Shown piece by piece: positions 29,164 to 39,361 of a stretch of DNA of 64,000 bases. A program made the position numbers and the translations under genes. Source of the stretch: Candidatus Eiseniibacteriota bacterium (GTDB lineage: Bacteria > Eisenbacteria > RBG-16-71-46). Under the pieces are notes generated by a model, which had not been told where the DNA came from, ran no database searches, and saw nothing but the letters and a program-made list of their open reading frames with translations. Positions within the stretch are counted from its first letter, which is position 1. Each line of letters opens with the position of its first letter. The stretch is from NCBI GenBank assembly GCA_031370785.1, contig JANMQY010000058.1, forward strand, positions 91,213 through 155,212, read 5' to 3'.

Positions 29164-30257
29164 GCTTGCCCTGAGCGCGGCGTCCGTTCGTATGGCGCGG
29201 GCTGGCCCTGTGCCGGGACTCCCGAGCGCGTGCGGCGCTCCGCGGTGATCGCCGGATTGGCGCCCTGGACGAAGGTCTCGCACTCGCGCACGTCCTCGGC
29301 GCTGCCGAGGAACAAGGGGGTGCGTTCGTGGAGCGTTCCGGGAACGATCTCGAGGATGCGCCGGTAGCCGTCGCAGGCCGCACCGCCCGCCTCCTCGACG
29401 ATCAGCGCGAGCGGCGCGGCCTCGTACAGCACGCGCAGCTTGCCGCGCGGGTTCTTGAAATCGCCCGGGTAGAGAAAGATCCCGCCGTACAGAAGGTTGC
29501 GGTGGAAGTCGGCGACCAGTGATCCCACGTAGCGCGAGCTGTACGGCCGGTTGGTCGCGGTGTCGTCCATCTTGAGATAGTCGACGTAGCGCTTGACGCC
29601 TTCCGACCACTGCGTGTAGTTGCCTTCGTTCACGCTGTAGATGTGGCCGCGCAAGGGCGTCCGGATGTCCGGGTGCGAGAGCAGGTACTCGCCGATGCTG
29701 GGCTCGTAGGTGAAGCCGTGCACGCCGTGCCCGGTGGTGTAGACCAGCATGGTGCTCGACCCGTACATCACGTAGCCCGCACACAGCTGGCGATCTCCAG
29801 CCTGCAGGCAGTCGGTGAGCGTGCCGCCGCCCTTGCGCGTGATTCGTGGCAGCACCGAGAAGATGGTTCCGATGTTGACGTTGGCGTTGATGTTCGAGGA
29901 GCCGTCGAGCGGATCGAAGTTGACGACGTACTTGCCGACCGGCTGTCCCTCCGGGACCGGGATGACGTTCTCGTCCTCCTCGGATGCCAGAACCGCCAGC
30001 TGCCCGGTCGAGCTGAGCACGCGATACAGCGTCTGGTGCGCGAACACATCCAGCTTCTGCACCTTCTCGCCGTGCACGTTCTGGGATCCGGTGTAGCCGA
30101 GCACATCGACCAGTCCGGCCCGGATGACCTCGCGGTTGATCATCTTCGAAGCCAGTGCGATATCCATCAGCACGCTCGTGAACTCGCCGGTCGCCTCCGG
30201 ATGCTTGCGCTCCTCCTGTTCGAGGAACTGCGACAGCGTGATCGCGCGGCTGTACAT
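29160..30257 (-). CDS. fbp: Fructose-1,6-bisphosphatase class I
   Basis: VQKLD, SEED, FDPLDGSSN, RYVGSLVADFHR, KLRVLYEAAP. Confidence 0.95.
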   Translation of the reverse strand: MYSRAITLSQFLEQEERKHPEATGEFTSVLMDIALASKMINREVIRAGLVDVLGYTGSQNVHGEKVQKLDVFAHQTLYRVLSSTGQLAVLASEEDENVIPVPEGQPVGKYVVNFDPLDGSSNINANVNIGTIFSVLPRITRKGGGTLTDCLQAGDRQLCAGYVMYGSSTMLVYTTGHGVHGFTYEPSIGEYLLSHPDIRTPLRGHIYSVNEGNYTQWSEGVKRYVDYLKMDDTATNRPYSSRYVGSLVADFHRNLLYGGIFLYPGDFKNPRGKLRVLYEAAPLALIVEEAGGAACDGYRRILEIVPGTLHERTPLFLGSAEDVRECETFVQGANPAITAERRTRSGVPAQGQPAPYERTPRSGQA

Positions 30258-30265
30258 GGGGCTCC

Positions 30266-31660
30266 CTAGTCCGAGAGACCCGAGACGTCCTCGGGGCCCT
30301 GCATCGCGGTAACCCCCGCGCCTGGGTTCGGGAACGAGCCCGGCACGAACGGCGCGTATTTCTCTGCGAGCGCGCGGGTTCCGGCGGCGCGCAGCTTCTG
30401 GATCAGGAAGTGGAACTTGTTCTCGAGCGACTGGCCGATCGCGGCGCGCACCGAAGGCGCCATTCCCCACAGCTCACGCTTGTAGGCTCCGAGCGCCTTC
30501 TTCCGTGTCTTGTAGAAGAACTGCTCGTCGCTGTCGGTGCTCTTGCGCTCGGCGGCCTCGGTGACACGCAGCTTCTGGTAGATCTCGCGCTTGAGGTCAG
30601 CGGGGAAGGAGGGATGATCGAAGATCATGTTCTGGAACTCGGTGGCCAGGTGGATCTCGCACGCCCCCAGCGCCGGGAAGCGATCGAAGAGCTCGGCCGG
30701 CAGCGTCGATGCGCCGTGCTGAACCGCTCCCGCCATCCCGTAGGCCTCGCGCGCCAGTTTCGAGAGCGTCTCGAGCGCCGCGAAATCGATCTGGACCTGA
30801 GCGATCGAGCCGTCGGGAAGCGGAACGCCGCCGTGTGAGGTGCCGGTCTGGATCGAGATCTTGCTCAGGCCCGCCACGCCCGGCGCGAGCCTGCTCGACT
30901 CCGCGCGGTACACCTTCATGAACGCGTGCAGCTCCTCGGGCGTGGAGTTCCGGCTGCCCACCTCGCCGATCTCGCCGCCCACCGAGATGGTGACGCCGTG
31001 CGGTTGCTGGCCGCGGATGAACGCGGTCAGCTCGGCGCAGCGCTCGCCGTTGGCGGCCTGCTGCGCCTCGTGCCCCTCCTTCGACAGGTCGACCAGGGTC
31101 GAGGTGTCGACGTCGATGTTGTAGAAGCCGGCGTGGATCGCCTCCGCGGTGAGATCCTTCACCGCCTTGAGCTCGGGCGCCGGATCCGACAGGAACTTCT
31201 TCGCATTGATCTGGAAGTGGTCGCCCTGCACGAACACCGGGCCCTTCCACTTCTCGCGCAGCGCAGCGGCCAGCACCACGAAGGTGTACTCGGCGGGGCG
31301 CTGGTCGGTGTAGCTGATCTCGGAGCGCGCGATCTCGCAGATCACCGCTCCGGCGTCCAGCGCGCGCCTCGCGCGGAACAGCGCGCGCGCGGTGTCGTAG
31401 CTCATGCCGCGGATGTTGAACGCCGGCACGGTGAAGTCGTGCGGCGCCTCGCCCCGGCCGCGTGCGAGGTAGAGCTCGTTGATCGAAGCCGGATAGATCC
31501 CCTGGGATTGCGCCTGCCCGAGCACGGCGGCGCGCGCCGATTCACGCACCTCCGCCTCGCCGAATACGCCAGTCCATACCAGCCGATCGAGCGCGTCGCC
31601 GTTGCCGCTCGCGAGCGCCGCGACGGCGTGACGCAGGTCATCCAGACTCTTGAGTTCCAT
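30266..31660 (-). CDS. Class II fructose-bisphosphate aldolase family protein (long form)
   Basis: TVPAFN, QGDH, GGEIGEVG, GTSHGG, VQHGAS. Co-oriented and adjacent to fbp. Confidence 0.82.
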   Translation of the reverse strand: MELKSLDDLRHAVAALASGNGDALDRLVWTGVFGEAEVRESARAAVLGQAQSQGIYPASINELYLARGRGEAPHDFTVPAFNIRGMSYDTARALFRARRALDAGAVICEIARSEISYTDQRPAEYTFVVLAAALREKWKGPVFVQGDHFQINAKKFLSDPAPELKAVKDLTAEAIHAGFYNIDVDTSTLVDLSKEGHEAQQAANGERCAELTAFIRGQQPHGVTISVGGEIGEVGSRNSTPEELHAFMKVYRAESSRLAPGVAGLSKISIQTGTSHGGVPLPDGSIAQVQIDFAALETLSKLAREAYGMAGAVQHGASTLPAELFDRFPALGACEIHLATEFQNMIFDHPSFPADLKREIYQKLRVTEAAERKSTDSDEQFFYKTRKKALGAYKRELWGMAPSVRAAIGQSLENKFHFLIQKLRAAGTRALAEKYAPFVPGSFPNPGAGVTAMQGPEDVSGLSD

Positions 31661-31803
31661 TGGGTTTCGCGGGCTCCCAGGCGCACCGTGCTGCGCCCTG
31701 CGAGGGGGTCGTGGGATGTACGGAAGGCGTTCGGAGTATAGCCCGGCGCGCGGGCTTGGGACCAGTCCCTCGAGCAGACTGACTGCGTTGCCTTCGCAGC
31801 TTC

Positions 31804-33057
31804 CTACTCGGCAGCGACCCCGAGCGCGGTGATGCCGTCCGCGACCTTGCGCAGCTCCGGGAAGCGCGCCGGATCGAAACTCGCGATCGCCGGTGCGGTG
31901 CGAAACGCGAGCAGGCGCGCCAGGTCGAGCGTGCACGCCGCGGCCATGCCCATGCCGTGGCCGGTGTATCCGGCGCACAGGGCCAGGTGATGATCGGCGT
32001 CGAGCCACCCCACCAGCGGCCGGCCGTCACGCGCGAACGCCATGGTCCCGGCCCAGCGGTATTCGATCGCCGCGCCCTCGGGCACGAGCTCGGCGAGTCC
32101 CTTCTCGATGCCCTGCTGGATGTGCGGGGTGGGCTCGATGTCGAACCCGACCTCGTGGTCGGGATCGAGGTCGCGCCAGCCGCCGATCACGAGCCGTCCG
32201 TCTTTGGTTTGCCGCCAGTACTGGTAGCCCCAGTGCGCGTAGGTCGGATGCGGTGCGACCGTGCGCGTGAGCGGAGCGGTCGCCAGCATCTGGCCGCGGC
32301 GCGGCGCGATCAAGGGCTCCAGCGCGGGCACGAGCTTCGGTGCCTGCGCATTGTTGGCGAGCACCAGGGTGCGGGCCTTGACTGTTCCCGTGGCGGTGCG
32401 CGCCTCCCACTCTCCGCCGCGCCAGCTCGCGCCCTCGATCGGTGAGCGCGCGTAGATCTTCGCGCCGAGCTCGATCGCGGCGCGCGCGAGGCCGATCAGG
32501 AAGCGCACCGGGTGGAGCTCGCCGTCCTCCTCGGTGAAGAACGCGGCGACGAAGCGGTCGTGTGTCCCGCCGGGCAGAGCATCGGCAGGCTGCACTTCGA
32601 CCGACTGGAATCCGTCGGCGCGCATCAACGGCAGCGAGGCGCGCTGCTCTTCGGCCTCGTCCTCGGTTCGCGCCAGGCGCATGCTGCCGAGCCCGCGGTA
32701 GTCGCACTCGATCTCCAGCGTCTCGATCAGCTCGCGGACGCGCTGGTGGGAGCGGCGTCCGGTTTCCAGCACCGCGCGGGCGCCATCGCGGCCCCACAGC
32801 GCGACCGCCTCGGTATAGGGCTCGGCCGGCGCCACCAGCAGGAATCCAGCATTGCGTCCGCTCGCCGCGCCCGCCGGGATTCCGGATTCGAGCACGGCCA
32901 CCGATGCGCCCTGCTGTGCGAGCGTGTAGGCAAGGGTCAGTCCGGTGATGCCGCCGCCGACGATCAGCGTCTCGGTTTCGAGCTCGCCTTCGAAGCTCGG
33001 AAACTCGGGGCCGGGTTCGGTCCACCACAGCGGCAAAGATGACGAGCGGGGTTCCAT
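31804..33057 (-). CDS. FAD-dependent oxidoreductase (DadA/PuuB-like)
   Basis: GGGITG, GAASGRNAG, WAG......DG.P.VG, GYTGHGM. Confidence 0.85.
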   Translation of the reverse strand: MEPRSSSLPLWWTEPGPEFPSFEGELETETLIVGGGITGLTLAYTLAQQGASVAVLESGIPAGAASGRNAGFLLVAPAEPYTEAVALWGRDGARAVLETGRRSHQRVRELIETLEIECDYRGLGSMRLARTEDEAEEQRASLPLMRADGFQSVEVQPADALPGGTHDRFVAAFFTEEDGELHPVRFLIGLARAAIELGAKIYARSPIEGASWRGGEWEARTATGTVKARTLVLANNAQAPKLVPALEPLIAPRRGQMLATAPLTRTVAPHPTYAHWGYQYWRQTKDGRLVIGGWRDLDPDHEVGFDIEPTPHIQQGIEKGLAELVPEGAAIEYRWAGTMAFARDGRPLVGWLDADHHLALCAGYTGHGMGMAAACTLDLARLLAFRTAPAIASFDPARFPELRKVADGITALGVAAE

Positions 33058-33115
33058 GTGCGCGTATCATGCCCTGCGCGACTCTCCGCGACAAGCGCAT
33101 CACACCGCGCATCGG

Positions 33116-33144
33116 TTGACAGTCCGAGATGAAGGGGCTTCAAT
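33116..33144 (+). promoter_or_regulatory. Sigma70-type promoter for the Mo-enzyme operon
   Basis: TTGACA-17 bp-TTCAAT upstream of 33181. Confidence 0.5.
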
Positions 33145-33180
33145 CGCGGCGGTCGTTCCATTCTTCAATGCACGTGAAAC

Positions 33181-33696
33181 ATGGGAGCTCCGGTGAACCC
33201 TCCTGCCCAGGTGGTGTGCCGTTTCCAGGTGAATGGCGACGTGCGCGAATGCGCGGTCGCGCCCAACACCACCCTGCTCGAAGCGCTCCGCTACGGACTC
33301 GGGCTGACCGGCTCCAAGCAGGGCTGCGACAAGGGCGATTGCGGCGCCTGCACCGTGGTGATGGACGGCGCGCCGGTGCTGGCCTGCATCACGCTGGCGC
33401 TGGCCTGCGAAGGCCGCCTGATCACCACCGTGGAGGGGCTGGCCCACGGAGCGACGCCCCACCCGCTGCAGGACGCCTTCGATGTGTGCGGCGGGGCGCA
33501 GTGCGGCTTCTGCACCCCGGGCGTGCTGATGAGCGCGTGGGCGCTGCTCGAGCACAATCCCAGCCCGACCCGCGCCGAGATCGCGCTGGCGCTCTCGGGA
33601 AACCTGTGTCGCTGCACCGGCTACACCAAGATCTTCGAAGCCGTCGAGCTGGCCGCGACGCGCCGGAGCGTCGCGACCGCGGACGGGAAGTCATGA
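33181..33696 (+). CDS. Xanthine dehydrogenase family 2x[2Fe-2S] subunit (HcrC/CoxS-like)
   Basis: GCDKGDCGACTV...C, QCGFCTPG, GNLCRCTGY. Confidence 0.92.
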   Translation: MGAPVNPPAQVVCRFQVNGDVRECAVAPNTTLLEALRYGLGLTGSKQGCDKGDCGACTVVMDGAPVLACITLALACEGRLITTVEGLAHGATPHPLQDAFDVCGGAQCGFCTPGVLMSAWALLEHNPSPTRAEIALALSGNLCRCTGYTKIFEAVELAATRRSVATADGKS

Positions 33697-36182
33697 GCCG
33701 CGCGAAGGACGAAGCCGCGCGCGTGCCCGACCCCAGGGTTCCCTCAGGTCGCCAGATGCCCGAAGAGAACCGGCTGACCCCTCCGGTGTGGCCCGGCGGG
33801 CGGACCGCGGCGCCGGGTACGGATTTCTCGGTGATCGGGCGGCGCAACCGGAAGCTCGAAGGTCTGGCCAAGGTCACCGGCCGCGCGGTATTCGCGGACG
33901 ACCTGAGCCTGCCGCGCATGCTGCACGGCAAGCTGCTGCGCAGCATCCACGCGCACGCGCGCATCCGCTCGATCGATCCGAGCGCGGCGCTGGCGATGCC
34001 CGGCGTGCACGCCGTGATCACCGGCCGCGACCTGCCCGCCTGGTTCGGCATCATCCCCTGGACCGAAGACGAGCAGGCGCTGTGCGAGGAGAAGGCCCGC
34101 TACGTGGGGGATGCGATCGCGGCGGTGGCCGCCGACACCGAGCTCGCGGCCGAGGAAGCGCTGCGACTGATCCGCGTCGAATACGAAGTCCTGCCCGCGG
34201 TGACCTCGATCGACGAAGCGCTCGAGCATCCGGAGTGGAAGGTGAACGAGAAGGCGCGCGAGGGGAACATCTCCAAGCACGTTCACCTCGAGTTCGGCGA
34301 CGTGGACGCGCGGATCGCCGACAGCGACGAGGTGATCGAAGGCGAGTACTGGTACGAGGGCTCGACCCACGCGCCGATCGAGCCCCACTGCGCGATCGCA
34401 GACTTCGATGCGACCGGATTCCTCACCCTATACTCGAGCACGCAGGTCGCGCACTACCTGCACCGGGATCTGGCCAGGGTGCTCGGGCTCCCCACCCAGC
34501 GCGTGCGCGTGATCCAGCCGGTGGTCGGCGGCGCGTTCGGCGGCAAGAGCGAGCCGTTCTCGCTCGAGTTCTGCGCGGCCCGGCTCTCGATGGACTTGGG
34601 CCGACCGGTCAAGATCCTCTACACGCGTGAGGAAGTCTTCTACGCGCATCGCGGACGGCACCCGATGCGAATGCGCTATCGCACCGGCATCCGGCGTGAC
34701 GGCACGCTCACAGGGGTGGACGCGAAGATCCACATCGATGGCGGCGCCTACTCCTCGTTCGGCCTCGTGACCACCTACTACTCGGGCCAGTTGCTCAGCG
34801 CCCCTTACAAGATGGAGGCGTACCGCTTCGATTCGACGCGCGTGTTCACCAACAAGCCGTGCTGCGGACCCAAGCGCGGGCATGGCTCGGTGCAGCCGCG
34901 GTTCGCGTTCGAGTGCCAGATCGACAAGCTCGCCGAGGCGGTAGGGCTGGATCCGATCGAGGTGCGGCGGCGCAACTTCATCGGTGAGAATTCGCGCACC
35001 GTGAACGGCATGCGCGTGACCTCGAACGGATTCCTCGAATGCCTGGAACAGGTGGAGCGCGCCTCCGCCTGGAAGGAGCGCTTCCGGCGCATGCCTTACG
35101 GCCGTGGAGTCGGCGTCGCCGGCAGCATGTACATCAGCGGCACCAACTACTGCATCTACCCGAACGAGATGCCGCAATCCGGCGTCCAGCTGAAGCTCGA
35201 CCGCAGCGGCCGCGCCACGGTGTTCTGCGGAGCGAGCGACATCGGGCAGGGCGTGGAGTCGGTGCTCGCGTACATCGTGGCCGAGGAGCTGGGCCTGACC
35301 CTGGGAGACATCCGCGTGGTCGCGGCCGACACCGACCTGACCCCGGTGGACCTGGGCTCGTATTCGAGCCGCGAGACTTTCATGGTCGGCAACGCCTGCC
35401 TCGATGCCGCGCGCCGCCTGCGCGGGCTGGTGGTCGGGACGCTGGCCGAGGCATGGGGCTGCGCACCCGCGGAGGTGAAGCTCGCCGGCGGCATCGCGAG
35501 CACCGCGCGCGACGCGGAGCGCGAGCGCATGAGCGTGAAGGAGGCGTTCCAGCGCACCGAGGCGCGCCATGGGACGCTGGGATCGGTGGGCTGGTACCAG
35601 ACGCCCAGGCTCGGGGGCGACTATCGCGGCGGCACCATCGGGGCATCCCCGGCCTACTCGTTCACCGCCCACGTCGCCGAAGTCGATTGCGATCCCGAGA
35701 CTGGTTTCATTCAGGTCAAGAAGATCTGGGTGGCGCACGACTGCGGCCGTGCACTCAATCCGGTCGCGGTCGAGGGCCAGATGGAGGGCAGCGCCTACAT
35801 GGGCTTCGCCGAGGCGCTGTTCGAAGAGCAGGTCTTCAAGCCCGCCACCGCGGCACATGGCGCGGGGCTTCATCACGGTCCCTCGCTGCTCGACTATCGC
35901 ATTCCAACCTCGCTCGACACGCCGGAGCTGGAGTCGCTCATCGTCGAGTCGGTGGATCCCGAGGGGCCCTACGGCGCGAAGGAGGCGGGAGAGGGGCCGC
36001 TCCATCCGAGCGTGCCCGCGATCGCGAACGCCATCTACGACGCGCTCGGAATCCGCTGCGACCGGCTTCCGTTCAGCCCCCCTCACGTGCTGCGCCTGCT
36101 CCGTGCCGGCGACGCGCGTGCGGTCTGGCAGAAGGCGCGCGGCCAGCGATCAGGCCACGTCCCGGCCGGCGCGAGAGGGTAG
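33693..36182 (+). CDS. Xanthine dehydrogenase family molybdopterin subunit (4-hydroxybenzoyl-CoA reductase alpha-like)
   Basis: GGAFGGK, RGHG, DIGQG, SYSSR, GAKEAGEG. ATGA overlap with the 2Fe-2S gene. Confidence 0.88.
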   Translation: MSRAKDEAARVPDPRVPSGRQMPEENRLTPPVWPGGRTAAPGTDFSVIGRRNRKLEGLAKVTGRAVFADDLSLPRMLHGKLLRSIHAHARIRSIDPSAALAMPGVHAVITGRDLPAWFGIIPWTEDEQALCEEKARYVGDAIAAVAADTELAAEEALRLIRVEYEVLPAVTSIDEALEHPEWKVNEKAREGNISKHVHLEFGDVDARIADSDEVIEGEYWYEGSTHAPIEPHCAIADFDATGFLTLYSSTQVAHYLHRDLARVLGLPTQRVRVIQPVVGGAFGGKSEPFSLEFCAARLSMDLGRPVKILYTREEVFYAHRGRHPMRMRYRTGIRRDGTLTGVDAKIHIDGGAYSSFGLVTTYYSGQLLSAPYKMEAYRFDSTRVFTNKPCCGPKRGHGSVQPRFAFECQIDKLAEAVGLDPIEVRRRNFIGENSRTVNGMRVTSNGFLECLEQVERASAWKERFRRMPYGRGVGVAGSMYISGTNYCIYPNEMPQSGVQLKLDRSGRATVFCGASDIGQGVESVLAYIVAEELGLTLGDIRVVAADTDLTPVDLGSYSSRETFMVGNACLDAARRLRGLVVGTLAEAWGCAPAEVKLAGGIASTARDAERERMSVKEAFQRTEARHGTLGSVGWYQTPRLGGDYRGGTIGASPAYSFTAHVAEVDCDPETGFIQVKKIWVAHDCGRALNPVAVEGQMEGSAYMGFAEALFEEQVFKPATAAHGAGLHHGPSLLDYRIPTSLDTPELESLIVESVDPEGPYGAKEAGEGPLHPSVPAIANAIYDALGIRCDRLPFSPPHVLRLLRAGDARAVWQKARGQRSGHVPAGARG

Positions 36183-36188
36183 GGCGCC

Positions 36189-37181
36189 ATGCTGACCCTC
36201 CCCGCATTCGAGTGGGTCCGGCCCCGGACGCTGGAAGAGGCGCTCGAGTTCCTGGCCGCGCATGCTGGCCAGTGTCTGATCGTGGCCGGAGGCACGGATG
36301 CCGTTCCGAACCTCAAGCATCGTCTCCACGATCCCGCCTACGTCGTGCACCTTTCGGGAATCCGCGAGCTGGCGTTCGTGCGCGAGAGCGCCGATGGGCT
36401 GGAGCTCGGCCCGCTGGTGACGTTGACCGCGCTCTCGGGCGATGCGCGGGTGCGGCGCGACTACCCATCGCTCGCTCGCGCGGCCTCGCTGGTCGCCTCC
36501 CCCCAGATCCGCAACATGGGCACGCTCGGCGGGAACCTTTGCCTGGACACCCGCTGCACCTACTACAACCAGACCTTCTTCTGGCGTGAGGCGCTCGGGT
36601 TCTGCCTCAAGAAGGAGGGCACGGTCTGCCACGTCGTGCCACAGGGCAGGCGCTGCGTCGCGGCGCACTCCTCGGACGTGGCTCCGGTGCTGATCTCGCT
36701 CGGCGCCTCGGTCGAGATCGCGCGCTCAGGCGGGAGGAGAAGCATCAGCCTCGATGAGTTCTTCGTGGGAGACGGCATCCACAACAACGTGCTCGAGCCG
36801 GGCGAGATGATCGTGCGCGTGAGCGTGCCGGCGCGCGCGCGCGGACTGCGCGTCGGCTATCAGAAGCTTCGTCCGCGCGCGGCGATCGACTTTCCCATGC
36901 TGTCGGTGGCGTTCACTGCGAGGGTGGACGGAGCGCGCTGCGAGGAGGCCCGGCTGGTGGTGAGCGCGCTCGGAGCCAAGCCGCGTGTCATCGGCGGGGT
37001 GGATGCGCTGGTCAAGGGCCAACCGCTGGACGAGGCGCTGGCCGAGAGTCTCGCGCAGGTGGCCTATCGCCAGTGCCGTCCGCTCACCAACGTGGCCTAC
37101 GACGACGACTGGCGTCACGAGATGGTCCCGGTCTTCGTACGACGCGCGGTGCGCGACGCGATCGCGGGCGGAGTGTCGTGA
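36189..37181 (+). CDS. Xanthine dehydrogenase family FAD subunit with extra [4Fe-4S] Cys insert (HcrB-like)
   Basis: AGGTD, QIRNMGTLGGNL, and the insert CLDTRCTYYNQ...CLKKEGTVCHVV...RCVA. Confidence 0.88.
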   Translation: MLTLPAFEWVRPRTLEEALEFLAAHAGQCLIVAGGTDAVPNLKHRLHDPAYVVHLSGIRELAFVRESADGLELGPLVTLTALSGDARVRRDYPSLARAASLVASPQIRNMGTLGGNLCLDTRCTYYNQTFFWREALGFCLKKEGTVCHVVPQGRRCVAAHSSDVAPVLISLGASVEIARSGGRRSISLDEFFVGDGIHNNVLEPGEMIVRVSVPARARGLRVGYQKLRPRAAIDFPMLSVAFTARVDGARCEEARLVVSALGAKPRVIGGVDALVKGQPLDEALAESLAQVAYRQCRPLTNVAYDDDWRHEMVPVFVRRAVRDAIAGGVS

Positions 37182-38158
37182 GCGGCCCCGACCGCGAATT
37201 CGAGGGCCCGGAGCCTGGCTCTGGAGACGCTGGCGCTCCGCGTCCCGACAAGCCCGGCCCGACGCGCGATGCCGACGTATGGAACGCGCTCGAACGTTGG
37301 CGCGTCGAGCGGCGGCGCTTCGTGATGGCCACGGTCACCGCCGCGCGCGGGTTCACCCCGCGCAAGCCGGGAGCGCACATGCTCATCGGGGAGGCGGGAG
37401 CGAGCGTGGGCACAATCGGCGGCGGCGCGATCGAACAGGCGGTGCGCAACGAGGCGGCGGCTCTCCTGCTGCGCGGCGGGACTTCCGAGGTGAGCCGCCA
37501 CCTCACGCAGGAGCTGGGCATGTGCTGCGGCGGTGAGATGACCGTGTTCCTCGAGGTGGTCGAACCGGAGCCCCGCCTGTGGCTGTTCGGCGCCGGGTAC
37601 ATCGCCAAGCCACTCGCCGCGATCGCCGCGGGCTGCGGATTCGAGGTGACGGTGGTGGACGCGCGCGCCGACTGGGCGAATCCCGAGCGATTCCCGACCT
37701 CGGCGCTGCGCGTGCAGGCGCCCGACGATGCGCTCGCGAGCCTTCCGATCGAAGAGGCCGACTACGCGGTGGTGGTCACGCACGATCACGCGCTGGATCA
37801 GCGGCTGGTGCAGGGTCTGCTGCCGCGCCGGCTGCGCTTCACCGGCATGATCGGAAGCATCCCGAAGCAACGGAAGTTCGCGCTGCGCCTGCGCGCGCGT
37901 GGGTTTTCCGATGCGGACATCGCGCGGCTGCGCACTCCGCTCGGGCTCGCGATCGGCGCGCAGACCCCCGAGGAGATCGCGGTCAGCGTGATGGCCGAGA
38001 TCGTCGCCGCGCGTCGCGGCGCCGAAGCGTCGGCCGGCTGGACGCCACCGTTGCCACGCGCGGCACGCGAAGCGGACTTGTCCGCGTTGGACACCGACGC
38101 GGAATCCGCTTCAGACACCGATGCCACTTCGGCCCCCACGGAAGGGAGCACTCGATGA
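37178..38158 (+). CDS. xdhC: XdhC/CoxI family Moco insertion chaperone
   Basis: GFTPRKPGA.M, GTIGGG.IE, LGMCCGG, VTHDH, IGS, PLGL.IGAQTPEEIAVS. Confidence 0.9.
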   Translation: MSGPDREFEGPEPGSGDAGAPRPDKPGPTRDADVWNALERWRVERRRFVMATVTAARGFTPRKPGAHMLIGEAGASVGTIGGGAIEQAVRNEAAALLLRGGTSEVSRHLTQELGMCCGGEMTVFLEVVEPEPRLWLFGAGYIAKPLAAIAAGCGFEVTVVDARADWANPERFPTSALRVQAPDDALASLPIEEADYAVVVTHDHALDQRLVQGLLPRRLRFTGMIGSIPKQRKFALRLRARGFSDADIARLRTPLGLAIGAQTPEEIAVSVMAEIVAARRGAEASAGWTPPLPRAAREADLSALDTDAESASDTDATSAPTEGSTR

Positions 38159-38823
38159 TTGCGGGCGTGCTGCTGGCGGCGGGAGCTTCGACGCGCATGG
38201 GGAAGGACAAGGCGCTGGTGCGCGCGGGCCGCTCGTCGTTCCTGGTGCACGGCGTGCGCCACCTATGGGTGGCATGCGGCAGCGTGATCGTCGTGCTCGG
38301 CGCGAATGCGGCCGAGATCCGCCGCCGCGCCGAGAGCGAGTTCGAGGCGCTGGTCGAGGCTGGAGCGCTGCGCGAAGACCTGCAGTACGCCCACCGCCAT
38401 GGGGCGGGCGGGCTCGAGGTGCACTTCGTGGTCAACACGCGCTGGAAGCGCGGCATGTACTCCTCGGTGCGTCTCGGGCTGCGCGAGGCCCTGGCGCTGG
38501 AGCCGGCCGGCGTGATGGTGCTCCCGGTGGACCATCCGGACGTGAAGCCCGTGACCGTGGCGAGTATCGCGCAGGTGATGCTGCAGGCGATTGTCGCGTG
38601 TCGCGCAAAAGAGCGCGCGGCGTTCTCCTACGCGCTGGTGCCGCGCCACGCGCGGCGCCGCGGCCACCCGCTCGCGCTTTCCCCGGCGCTCGCCCACGCG
38701 ATCGCGGGCGATGACGGGGCCGAGGATCTGAGCGATTCGGTGCGGCGCCACGCGCGCCTCGTCGGCTACCTCGACGTGTCCGACCCCGGCGTGGTGCGCA
38801 ACCACAACACGCCGCGCCGCTGA
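38155..38823 (+). CDS. MobA/MocA-like nucleotidyltransferase
   Basis: LAAGASTRMG.DK, W.RGMYSS, PVDHP, RGHP. Lies in an XDH-family operon, so molybdopterin cytidylyltransferase is likely. Confidence 0.8.
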   Translation: MIAGVLLAAGASTRMGKDKALVRAGRSSFLVHGVRHLWVACGSVIVVLGANAAEIRRRAESEFEALVEAGALREDLQYAHRHGAGGLEVHFVVNTRWKRGMYSSVRLGLREALALEPAGVMVLPVDHPDVKPVTVASIAQVMLQAIVACRAKERAAFSYALVPRHARRRGHPLALSPALAHAIAGDDGAEDLSDSVRRHARLVGYLDVSDPGVVRNHNTPRR

Positions 38824-38875
38824 AGGCGCAGCGGCGGATCGCAACGTCTCCTCCACGCGCGCCTCGGTGCGTCGA

Positions 38876-39244
38876 TCAGATTCCTTGGGCGCGACGCCCC
38901 ACGCACCACAGAGCGTGGCCGCGCTGCTCGAGCGCGAGCGGGGTCAGGCGGCTGCCGACGCACGGGCCTTCCACGCATTCGCCGCTGTCCGGCCGGTAGC
39001 GCGCGCCGTGGTGACAGCACACCAGAGCGTCGAACTCCTCGTCGAAGAAGTGCGCGTCTCCGAAGTCGAGAGGCAGCAGCTGGTGGCGGCAGCGGTTCAC
39101 GTAGGCATGCCACGCTCCGTGCCAGCGTACCGCGAGCGCCGGGACCTCGATCCCATCGAGCGTGATCCGGAACGCAACTCCCGCGCCCTCGCCGTGACGG
39201 CGCACATCCGCGGTCACGGCCACATCCCTCGGCTCCTCACTCAT
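38876..39244 (-). CDS. Rieske [2Fe-2S] ferredoxin
   Basis: NRCRH...VCCHHGA.Y....GEC..GP. Start uncertain. Confidence 0.82.
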   Translation of the reverse strand: MSEEPRDVAVTADVRRHGEGAGVAFRITLDGIEVPALAVRWHGAWHAYVNRCRHQLLPLDFGDAHFFDEEFDALVCCHHGARYRPDSGECVEGPCVGSRLTPLALEQRGHALWCVGRRAQGI

Positions 39245-39361
39245 GAGCTTTCTCCATCGTGATCCGGCCGTCGAGCCAAGGAGTATACGCGAGGGTGGCG
39301 GCGCGGCCGGCGTTTCTGTCACAATCGCCGCTCGTCCTCAAGCGCATCCCCTGGAGCCTTC

